Shown here one piece after another: positions 25,105 to 32,000 of a stretch of 32,000 nt of DNA. Source of the stretch: Candidatus Methanoperedens sp. (GTDB lineage: Archaea; Halobacteriota; Methanosarcinia; Methanosarcinales; Methanoperedenaceae); assembly GCA_041494705.1 (NCBI GenBank), contig JBGQBI010000005.1:230199-262198 (forward strand), in the 5' to 3' direction. The notes under the pieces were generated by a model. It did not search any database. It worked only from the letters and a program-made list of their open reading frames with translations, and was not told the origin of the DNA. A program made the translations under genes and the position numbers. Each line of letters starts with the position of its first letter. The stretch's first letter is position 1.

Positions 25105-26465
25105 AAAAAATAATATTTCCGGTTTTGATAATACTGGTATTGACAGCTTACACTCCCGCAGTTTATGCGGGTTTAGCAGGTTCAACAGTACTATCAGTAA
25201 GCCTTGCGAACTATGACCCTAATCCTGCTATCGCAGGAAATACCGTGGATGTACGTATAGGTATCCAGAATATCGGCGGTACGAGTACTAACGATCTTAT
25301 GATGGAAGTTATACCACAGTATCCTTTTGAGCTTGTACCAGGTGAAAACGCAGTTCAGGAGGTAGGAATAGTTCAACCTTATCAGACGAGTGATCCTACT
25401 GCAAATATGAAAGTCGTACTGTACCATATGCAGATAAACAGGAACGCTCCGGCAGGAAGTTACCAACTCAAAGTTAAGTATTATGAGGCGGGTTCAACCG
25501 ATGTGACCGAGCAAATCCTGTCCCTTGATGTGAAGAGCAAAGAAAGCGCTGAAGTGATACACATTGGCCAGACGATGCTCGTTCCGGGAAAGCAAAGCAG
25601 CTTAATATTCACAATCAATAATGTCGGGAATGCCCCCCTCCGGGATTTGACTTTCAGCTGGGCGAATGATGATAAGATAATTCTTCCAGTCGGGAGTGAC
25701 AATACCAAATATATCAAGTACATTGATATTGGCAATGGCAGTGACCTGGAATACCAGGTGATGGCAGATACTAATGCACAGCCGGGATTATACAAACTGA
25801 ACTTATACCTGACTTATGCAGACTCGATGTCAAACCAAACGAAAACAATAAGCACATTTGCCGGCGTGTATGTTGGCGGAGGAACGGATTTCGATGTGGC
25901 ATTCTCAGATAATTCAAACAGCCAGATGTCTTTCACCGTTGCCAATATCGGAAGCAATCCTGCAAATTCAGTATCTGTGGCGATTCCCGATCAGCCAGGC
26001 TGGAGTGTAAGCGGCTCAAATTCAGTCATCATAGGGAATCTGAACAAAGGAGACTACACAGTTGCAAGCTTCAAGTTGCAGTCATCAATAAGTAATATGA
26101 CTTCCCAGAATAGAGCAGCCAGAAACAATACCAACGTCCAGGGACGTTCTATGCAAGGACCAGCAAATAGCTCATCTGATACGGTACACATGCAAATCGC
26201 CTATACTGACACCATGGGACAAAGAAACGTCGTCGAAAAACAAGTCAAAATTGGATCTCAAAATATGGCATCTGCAACCGGGCAAACGGCTATGGGACGA
26301 GGAGGAGCCACACAACAAACAAGTGTACTCTCTAATAACATGCTGTATATCTTCGGAATAGTTGTGCTTGTTGGCGCAGTTGTAGTCCATAGGAAGTACA
26401 AGAGCCGCAAAATGATTAATCCCGATTTCAAGATAAAGGATTTACTCAAAAGCGAGAAGAAATAA
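25101..26465 (+). CDS. Surface protein with repeated CARDB/COG1361-like beta-sandwich domains and C-terminal TM anchor (module 1)
   Basis: 454 aa with a signal peptide and repeated blocks of the form P.pG....v.v.i.N.G...l.dl. A Q/N/S-rich segment is followed by a TM helix (LYIFGIVVLVGAVVV) and a basic tail. The start overlaps the ATPase stop (ATGA). Confidence 0.7.
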   Translation: MKKIIFPVLIILVLTAYTPAVYAGLAGSTVLSVSLANYDPNPAIAGNTVDVRIGIQNIGGTSTNDLMMEVIPQYPFELVPGENAVQEVGIVQPYQTSDPTANMKVVLYHMQINRNAPAGSYQLKVKYYEAGSTDVTEQILSLDVKSKESAEVIHIGQTMLVPGKQSSLIFTINNVGNAPLRDLTFSWANDDKIILPVGSDNTKYIKYIDIGNGSDLEYQVMADTNAQPGLYKLNLYLTYADSMSNQTKTISTFAGVYVGGGTDFDVAFSDNSNSQMSFTVANIGSNPANSVSVAIPDQPGWSVSGSNSVIIGNLNKGDYTVASFKLQSSISNMTSQNRAARNNTNVQGRSMQGPANSSSDTVHMQIAYTDTMGQRNVVEKQVKIGSQNMASATGQTAMGRGGATQQTSVLSNNMLYIFGIVVLVGAVVVHRKYKSRKMINPDFKIKDLLKSEKK

Positions 26466-26483
26466 TAACTCCTGCGGGTCAAA

Positions 26484-27731
26484 ATGAAACTAAATAAGTG
26501 CTTCAAACATGCGTTTAATATGGTGCTGCACAGCAAGCTGCGAAGCTGGCTGACTATAACTGGCATAGTTATAGGTGTTGCCGCAGTGATTGCTATTGTA
26601 TCTATAGGAGACGGGATGCAGCAAACGCTGAATGCACAATTGAATGCTCTTGGCGGAGATATCGTGACAATCACAGCCGGCGCTGAACGCGGTGGAAGCA
26701 TGTTTGGTATGAGAGGCGGCGGGGGAGGAGGTGGTTCTTCTGGAGGAGCCCAGGCAACGACCAAAGAAATAGTGTTAGGCAGGAGTGATCTCCAGGCATT
26801 GAAGGGTATACCTGATATTGCGCTTATCGACACAAATATCAGAGAGAGTGTGAATATATCCTATCTTGGCAAAACAGGTAAAGTGTCTGTAACAGGCGTA
26901 GACCAGACGGTTTGGTCTAAGATTACAACAACTACAATAAAAACAGGCCGGATGCTTGATTCTGCTGACCAGAACGTCATAGTTATCGGAGGAAATCTCG
27001 CATCTTCTTATTTCTCCCAGCCTGTCGGGATAAATAAGATGGTAACGATAAACGGCAATGCTTTCAGGGTTGTGGGAATTCTTGATGACCAGACCACCAG
27101 TGTTTACATGCCGATCCAGATGGCATACCAGGTGATGCCAGACAAAACAAATGGTATCTATGATACATTTGTTGTTAAGATTAGAGACCAAAACCAGTTA
27201 GATTTAGTAATCACGGAAATCCAGAACAAACTTATGATTTCAAGACACGTCACTCAAAATACAATGGATTTTTCAGTCACTTCAAGGAAGGAAATGCAGC
27301 AGGCAAGAGCAGCTACGATGAGTTCAATGAGTAATTTTCTTCTTGCAATTGCAGCGGTTTCATTAATTGTCGGTTCTATCGGGATTGCAAATACCATGTT
27401 CACTTCTGTCCTTGAAAAGACTAAAGAAATCGGGATAATGAAAGCCATTGGCGCGCGCAATCCTGATATCCTGCTCATATTCCTGTTCAATGCAGGATTT
27501 ATCGGGCTCGTTGGAGGGGTCATAGGCATAATCCTTGGAACAATTCTTTCAGGTTTCTTGCCTGCGCTCATGGGAGGGGGTCTTCCCATGGCAAGAGGGG
27601 GCACAATAGTGACATTGAACTCGATAATTATGGCACTATCAGTATCGGTTACAGTAGGAATACTTGCAGGAATAATTCCTGCGTACCAGGCATCGAAATT
27701 GAGGCCTGTTGATGCCCTGAGATACGAATAG
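26484..27731 (+). CDS. MacB-type ABC permease (FtsX domain with large extracytoplasmic domain; module 1)
   Basis: 415 aa. TM1 (LTITGIVIGVAAVIAIVSIG) is followed by a loop of about 230 aa, then three C-terminal TM helices with the FtsX pattern (EKTKEIGIMKAIGA...). It ends with YQASKLRPVDALRYE. Confidence 0.9.
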   Translation: MKLNKCFKHAFNMVLHSKLRSWLTITGIVIGVAAVIAIVSIGDGMQQTLNAQLNALGGDIVTITAGAERGGSMFGMRGGGGGGGSSGGAQATTKEIVLGRSDLQALKGIPDIALIDTNIRESVNISYLGKTGKVSVTGVDQTVWSKITTTTIKTGRMLDSADQNVIVIGGNLASSYFSQPVGINKMVTINGNAFRVVGILDDQTTSVYMPIQMAYQVMPDKTNGIYDTFVVKIRDQNQLDLVITEIQNKLMISRHVTQNTMDFSVTSRKEMQQARAATMSSMSNFLLAIAAVSLIVGSIGIANTMFTSVLEKTKEIGIMKAIGARNPDILLIFLFNAGFIGLVGGVIGIILGTILSGFLPALMGGGLPMARGGTIVTLNSIIMALSVSVTVGILAGIIPAYQASKLRPVDALRYE

Positions 27732-27803
27732 TGGAGCCGTGAACTTTGTTCCAGGTATTTTCATACCTTACTTAATAAGGACTTATTCCTGGAGAGCTAA
27801 GGC

Positions 27804-27858
27804 ATTATTTCATTTTTCTGGAACTGATTTCAGGGAATTATTATATGGTCTTTCATCT
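27804..27858 (+). promoter_or_regulatory. Conserved promoter/operator block, copy B (orphan: no PepSY-like gene follows)
   Basis: ATTATTTCATTTTTCTGGAACTGATTTCAGGGAATTATTATATGGTCTTTCATCT, about 88% identical to copy C. TTTCA pentamers at 27808, 27828 and 27851 have the same 20/23-nt spacing as in copy C. Confidence 0.55.
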
Positions 27859-27877
27859 ATGACATATCTTAGAGAAC

Positions 27878-27903
27878 CATCAAGCATCAAATGATGCTTG
27901 ATG
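27878..27903. repeat. Perfect 12-bp palindrome just downstream of orphan block B
   Basis: CATCAAGCATCA-AA-TGATGCTTGATG. Confidence 0.6.
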
Positions 27904-28050
27904 ATAGTTGGGATACAAATAATGTATTGATTGTAAAAGACTTACCCCGGTGGATTCTCTGCGATTTGCAATAGGAAAAAATGTGCTAAACTCATAATAA
28001 TTTACTAAGAACTTTATACAATAAGGACTAATAATAGAATAGGGGAAAAT

Positions 28051-28935
28051 ATGCAAGAAATAGGAGTCGGCGATATTCATACGCACACAATGTATTCAGG
28101 GTTCTCCAAATATTCGTTTTTATCATATCCGGATAGTGTGACAACTCCCAGGACCTCAATCAAGGTTGCCGAAAAACTCGGGCTCGATGTTCTCTGTATA
28201 ACGGATCACAACACGATTAAAGGCGCAATTGAAGCCCGGAAGTACAACAAGGAACTGGTGGTGATAGGTGAAGAGATATCTTCTCGCGACGGTGAAATAT
28301 TAGGATTGTTCCTCCAGGAGCAAGTCAATCCCGGCTTAAGCGCCGAAGAAACGATAGAACAAATACACGGGCAGGATGGGATAGCCATTGCCCCGCACCC
28401 TTTTAGTGCGCATTGTTCCTGTGTTGGCAAAAAAATGAACACATTAAGATTTGATGGGATAGAAGTATTCAATGCATTGCACAGGGATGGATATTCAAAC
28501 GCTCTTGCACTTGAAAATTGTAACGGGCATGCGAAGCTTGGCGGAAGTGACGCACATGCAAGTTACATGATAGGAAATGGTTATACTCTATTTCATGGAA
28601 GTTCCCAGGAAGATTTAAGGGCTGGGATAAAGAATAAGGAAACGATTTATGGAGGAAAAGTAGCATCTCTTATGGAATTTATCAATTATGGTGCCCGGGT
28701 AGCTTATGAATCGTCAAAGACAATCCTGAAGGTCAATGGGGTAGATTGCCCCATGTCTGCCAGAATATCCAGGGTAAGAAATTCACGCAAAATTTCATAT
28801 TTGCTGGGTTCTATCGCATATGCATTTTCACCTTTGCCTGTTGTTTGTACCCTTCTTGGCGATAGATTGCTGCAGCATAAAGGACGAAAGATTTGGAGAG
28901 ATACACACCGCTATCGTTTTACCAATGAGAGATGA
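28051..28935 (+). CDS. PHP-domain metal-dependent phosphoesterase with hydrophobic C-terminal segment
   Basis: 294 aa. DIHTHTMYS (HxH), LCITDHNT, IAIAPHPF and GGSDAH form the PHP motif series. The C-terminal part has YLLGSIAYAFSPLPVVCTLLG. Confidence 0.8.
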   Translation: MQEIGVGDIHTHTMYSGFSKYSFLSYPDSVTTPRTSIKVAEKLGLDVLCITDHNTIKGAIEARKYNKELVVIGEEISSRDGEILGLFLQEQVNPGLSAEETIEQIHGQDGIAIAPHPFSAHCSCVGKKMNTLRFDGIEVFNALHRDGYSNALALENCNGHAKLGGSDAHASYMIGNGYTLFHGSSQEDLRAGIKNKETIYGGKVASLMEFINYGARVAYESSKTILKVNGVDCPMSARISRVRNSRKISYLLGSIAYAFSPLPVVCTLLGDRLLQHKGRKIWRDTHRYRFTNER

Positions 28936-28941
28936 TTTAAA

Positions 28942-30036
28942 TTGGCACATGTATTTGTAAGTCCACTCTCATGGGGATTGGGTCATGCCACCAGGGATAT
29001 TCCAATAATCAGGGAACTTAAAAATCACGGTCATGAAGTAACTATTGCAACGAGTCGAGGCGCCTTTATATTATTAAAAAAAGAATTTCCGGATTGTGAT
29101 TTCATTTATTTTGAGGACTATCCTGCGCCGTACAGTTCAACAAAATATTTCCTGCCAAAATTTTTCGCAAATATTCCGGTTCTGGTTAAAGCCCTGGCAG
29201 ATGAAAAGAAAAGGACGGATCACCTCCTGTCAAAAAACAACTATGATGCTGTCATAAGTGATAACCGGCTTGGCGTTTATTCAAAAAAGATACCCTCTTT
29301 CTTCATTTCGCACCAGTTGCGCTTTAGCGTTCCTTATTACATCAGGCCTGCAGAGACCGTTTCCCAATATGTCAATGAATATTTCCATAAAAAATTCGAC
29401 CGTGTGATTGTTCCTTCCAATAGCCCTGATGAAAATGGTAATTGTCTCAGCGGGAAATTGTGCAAGTCAACCCGGAAAGCAACGAATATGAAGGCATACT
29501 ATGCAGGAATTCTGTCGAGTGTTCAAAAAATGGATGTATCTGAAGACCTTGATTTCCTGATAATTATTTCAGGTCCCGAACCGCAGCGAAGCAAACTGGA
29601 AGAGATAATTCTCAAGCAGGTACAGGAGCTTCCCGGGGAGAAAATGGTGATTCTCGGACGACCTCAGGATAATTTCGAAAAAAAGCTAGATAAGTGGACT
29701 ACTGTTAAATCATATGTAACTGAGGAAGAAAAGATTGTACTCATGAATCGTGCGAAATTCATAATAAGCAGGTCGGGTTATACGACAATGATGGACATTG
29801 CGGAACTTGATAAAAAACATGGTGTCTTTATACCCACTCCCGGTCAGACAGAACAGGAATACCTGTCCCAGTATTATGAAGAGCAGGGGTGGTTTTATTC
29901 AAAAAGCCAGTATAAATTAGAGATTCTCAAAGACATTGAGAAGGCGAAGGAATATAGTGGCTTTCCTCCCATGGCGAAGTCAAAGGATAATGTTAAACGG
30001 CTGTATAAAGAAGTATTTGCACAATACTTAGATTGA
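28942..30036 (+). CDS. GT-B fold glycosyltransferase (MurG/GT28-like, MJ1255/TIGR00661-like)
   Basis: 364 aa with a TTG start. The N-terminal glycine loop is SWGLGHATRDIPIIREL, and the C-terminal half has RSGYTTMMDIA...GVFIPTPGQTEQEYLSQ, a nucleotide-sugar binding pattern. Confidence 0.65.
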   Translation: MAHVFVSPLSWGLGHATRDIPIIRELKNHGHEVTIATSRGAFILLKKEFPDCDFIYFEDYPAPYSSTKYFLPKFFANIPVLVKALADEKKRTDHLLSKNNYDAVISDNRLGVYSKKIPSFFISHQLRFSVPYYIRPAETVSQYVNEYFHKKFDRVIVPSNSPDENGNCLSGKLCKSTRKATNMKAYYAGILSSVQKMDVSEDLDFLIIISGPEPQRSKLEEIILKQVQELPGEKMVILGRPQDNFEKKLDKWTTVKSYVTEEEKIVLMNRAKFIISRSGYTTMMDIAELDKKHGVFIPTPGQTEQEYLSQYYEEQGWFYSKSQYKLEILKDIEKAKEYSGFPPMAKSKDNVKRLYKEVFAQYLD

Positions 30037-30091
30037 ACAATCATCTTACTTTACCTCTGGCAAGCGATGCAAATATACCTGCAAAACATAG

Positions 30092-30120
30092 AGCAGCGAA
30101 AACAATGAACGCTGCTTTTT
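30092..30120 (+). terminator. Hairpin plus T-run after the glycosyltransferase gene
   Basis: AGCAGCG (30092-30098) - 11 nt - CGCTGCT (30110-30116), followed by TTTT. Confidence 0.4.
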
Positions 30121-30251
30121 CGCTTCCCAGGAAAAGAGAATAGTTTTCAGATACAATCAGGATAGATATGCTGTTGTAGTTGGCGATGACGGGAAAGTGG
30201 AAGCATGGAAAAAGTTAGGAAAAGGTATTACTGAAAAAGGTTAGCGCAAGC

Positions 30252-30306
30252 ATGATTTCATTTTCTTAAAACTGCTTTCAGGGAATTCTTATATGGTCTT
30301 TCATCC
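30252..30306 (+). promoter_or_regulatory. Conserved promoter/operator block, copy C (upstream of PepSY-like gene 2)
   Basis: ATGATTTCATTTTCTTAAAACTGCTTTCAGGGAATTCTTATATGGTCTTTCATCC. The TATA-like TTATAT lies about 28 nt upstream of the ATG at 30319, which suggests a leaderless or very short leader mRNA. Confidence 0.6.
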
Positions 30307-30318
30307 TTGTGAGTGCGT

Positions 30319-30720
30319 ATGAACATCTGGAAAACACTGGCAATAGTTATGATTGCCCTGCTGATTATTGCCATCGGAATCAGATTTATCGATATAGAAG
30401 GCCATACATTCCAGCTTAACGAGACACAAAAAACCTTCGCAATAAACTCAAGCCTGGATGCGCTGAAAAACGAGATAGGGAATAACAACTATAATATTAC
30501 AGTCCAGGATCACGGCATGATAATATCTACCGCAAACGGAGATAAAAAGGTCGTTCGTGTGGTTTTTACTAACGGCAATGTAATCTTAACTGTTCTCGTT
30601 GATATGGATACAGGCAGTGTTGTGGAAAAGAGCAAAGTGGAACATAGTGGATGGATGACAGAATATCAAAATCAAAATATGGAACGCTTGGAACATAAAC
30701 GATTGCTCAGGGCGACATAA
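30319..30720 (+). CDS. Small N-terminally anchored PepSY-like domain protein (paralogue 2)
   Basis: 133 aa from MNIWKTL, a paralogue of the 21604-22002 product. They share STANGDKKVVRVV, LVDMDTGSVVEK and SGWMTEYQ. The stop overlaps the ATPase start by 1 nt (TAATG). A GTG at 30313 is an alternative start. Confidence 0.7.
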   Translation: MNIWKTLAIVMIALLIIAIGIRFIDIEGHTFQLNETQKTFAINSSLDALKNEIGNNNYNITVQDHGMIISTANGDKKVVRVVFTNGNVILTVLVDMDTGSVVEKSKVEHSGWMTEYQNQNMERLEHKRLLRAT

Positions 30721-31397
30721 TGGAATCCATAATGGAACTGCAGGATGTCTGGAAAATTTATCGCATGGGTGAGTTTGACGTACCTGCACTTGCGGGAATA
30801 GACCTGACGATCAAAGCTAGGGAGTTTGTGGCTATAACAGGACCCAGCGGATGCGGCAAGTCAACGATGTTAAATATGATAGGCTGCCTGGACATGCCCA
30901 CCCGGGGAAAGGTTTTGCTTGAAGGCAAGGACATATCGGAATTCAAAAGTAATGAACTGGCGCGTGTAAGAGGTAAAAAAATCGGGTTCATATTCCAGAC
31001 TTTCAACCTGTATCCAACCCTGACAGCCCTTGAGAATATCAGGCTGCCGATGAGGATTCATGAATTTCCTGAAGGAGTTATAGAAGAGACGTCAATGAAT
31101 TTACTTAATACGGTCGGGCTGGCTGAACGCGGCTCTCATTTCCCGGCGCAGTTATCAGGCGGGCAGCAGCAGAGGGTTGCAGTCGCAAGGGCGCTCTCAA
31201 CAGGCCCTTCTATTCTCCTGGCAGATGAGCCTACAGGGAACCTGGATACAAAATCAGGAGGCGAAGTAATGGATGTTTTTAAACGTTTAAACAGCGAGGG
31301 ATTGACTATAGTTATGATAACGCATGATCCGAGGATTGCAGGATATGCAGGAAGAGTTGTGAAAATGCTTGATGGAAAAATAACAGGTGAAACATGA
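30720..31397 (+). CDS. ABC transporter ATP-binding protein, MacB/LolD/FtsE type (module 2)
   Basis: 225 aa. Walker A GPSGCGKST, signature LSGGQQQRVAVARAL, Walker B LLADEPTGNLD, H-loop ITHD. Confidence 0.92.
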   Translation: MESIMELQDVWKIYRMGEFDVPALAGIDLTIKAREFVAITGPSGCGKSTMLNMIGCLDMPTRGKVLLEGKDISEFKSNELARVRGKKIGFIFQTFNLYPTLTALENIRLPMRIHEFPEGVIEETSMNLLNTVGLAERGSHFPAQLSGGQQQRVAVARALSTGPSILLADEPTGNLDTKSGGEVMDVFKRLNSEGLTIVMITHDPRIAGYAGRVVKMLDGKITGET

Positions 31398-32000
31398 ATA
31401 AATTCAATTTAATTTTGATAATCGTATCGACATTACTGATTGCGCAGGTTGCCTCCGCGGGCTATCTTGTGACCGAAAGCGCACCGGTTTATCCCGGAGA
31501 TACGACTTATGTCTATTTCGTGGTAAATAATACAGGATTTGGTCAATTTCTGAATGACGTAAAAGTCAGGCTAGAGCCCAAAGATAACGCCTCGGCTAAT
31601 GCAGTGACTATACTTGATGATGTGTATTCGCTGGGAACTATAGAGAATTGGGGCGACCAGAGAACCGCAAGGTTCAAAATCCATGTAAACCCTGATGCAG
31701 CAGAAGGCGATTATTATTTCAATGTATATACTACCTACAGAGGCCAGCAGATAAGTAGCAATACCCCGGCACCAATGGTAACGAGCGAACTCAAGAACCA
31801 GATATTGACCATTAAAGGGAAGCCCTTAATAGTGCTGACTAATTCAACGCTTGGCATCGTAGAGCCGATGAGTGTTAATAAGGAAACGCTAAAGTTTAAA
31901 AATACAGGCACAGGCACAGTACAGAACGCCGTAGCTGAAATAGACCTTACCGGCACCGGGGGAAGCAGCAAATCATCCTTTTCAATTCTTGGCGCAGGAA
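31394..32000 (+). CDS. CARDB/COG1361-like surface protein (module 2), 3' end outside the window
   Basis: This ORF is absent from the supplied ORF track, presumably because no stop falls in the window. I translated it by hand and the frame is open from the ATG at 31394 (ATGA overlap with the ATPase) to 32000. It begins MNKFNLILIIVSTLLIAQVASA (signal peptide), then YPGDTTYVYFVVNNTGFG...LKFKNTGTGTVQNAV, beta-sandwich blocks like those of the 25101-26465 product. Confidence 0.65.
   Translation, partial: MNKFNLILIIVSTLLIAQVASAGYLVTESAPVYPGDTTYVYFVVNNTGFGQFLNDVKVRLEPKDNASANAVTILDDVYSLGTIENWGDQRTARFKIHVNPDAAEGDYYFNVYTTYRGQQISSNTPAPMVTSELKNQILTIKGKPLIVLTNSTLGIVEPMSVNKETLKFKNTGTGTVQNAVAEIDLTGTGGSSKSSFSILGAG

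Noticed and set aside
30040-30250. Start-less open frames on both strands between the glycosyltransferase and block C. The + frame ends ..RYAVVVGDDGKVEAWKKLGKGITEKG (faintly PepSY-like). The - frame ends ..AAFIVFAALCFAGIFASLARGKVR (like a TM anchor with a basic tail).
   Set aside because: Neither frame has an ATG, GTG or TTG start or an RBS. They may be remnants of decayed genes, consistent with rearrangement in this region, but I cannot support a pseudogene call without homologues.
21529-30306. Whether the three conserved blocks could be a CRISPR array or the terminal repeats of a mobile element.
   Set aside because: The copies are 2.4-6 kb apart and all in direct orientation upstream of genes. 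No cas, transposase or integrase gene and no target-site duplication are visible, so a promoter/operator interpretation fits better.
1-32000. A scan by eye for tRNA, rRNA, C/D-box sRNA and riboswitch signatures in all spacers longer than 60 nt.
   Set aside because: I saw no cloverleaf-capable sequence with conserved T-loop/D-loop motifs and no paired C (RUGAUGA) and D (CUGA) boxes. A proper tRNAscan or Infernal run is still needed to exclude them.

Overview
This is an archaeal chromosomal segment. The hallmarks are a class-I HMG-CoA reductase, an Rnl3 RNA ligase, an archaeal-type lumazine synthase, PGF-CTERM and lipobox surface proteins, and leaderless or SD-coupled operons. The gene content looks methanogen/ANME-like (Methanosarcinales-type), but taxonomy cannot be proven from this window. 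I call 38 protein-coding genes, two of them truncated by the window edges and one a speculative 28-aa ORF. I recognised no rRNA, tRNA, CRISPR array, transposase or integrase. Bases 1-20.9 kb are mostly housekeeping: trpS (3' part), RNA ligase, ribH, ilvC, ppsA, a TatD-like hydrolase, pgk, hmgA, an Isf-like flavoprotein, and an O-methyltransferase/Lrp/ABC-2 exporter operon. This part has two notable oddities. First, a translationally chained operon of five tandem CBS-domain-only paralogues ends in the RNA ligase. Second, a ~50-nt promoter-like repeat with a covarying hairpin flanks ilvC, and its second copy is followed by a compact multi-stem element. Bases 21-32 kb look AT-richer by eye and form an accessory cell-envelope region, which is the best candidate for an undescribed system. 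It holds a duplicated module: a PepSY-like anchored protein, a MacB/LolD-type ABC ATPase, a CARDB-like beta-sandwich surface protein with a C-terminal TM anchor, and an FtsX/MacB permease. Two membrane-tethered winged-helix regulators, a secreted sequon-rich protein and a tiny PGF-CTERM monoheme c-type cytochrome accompany it. Three copies of a ~55-65 nt conserved promoter/operator block punctuate the region, and one copy is orphaned. All functional calls rest on motif and family recognition by eye; no database search was run.
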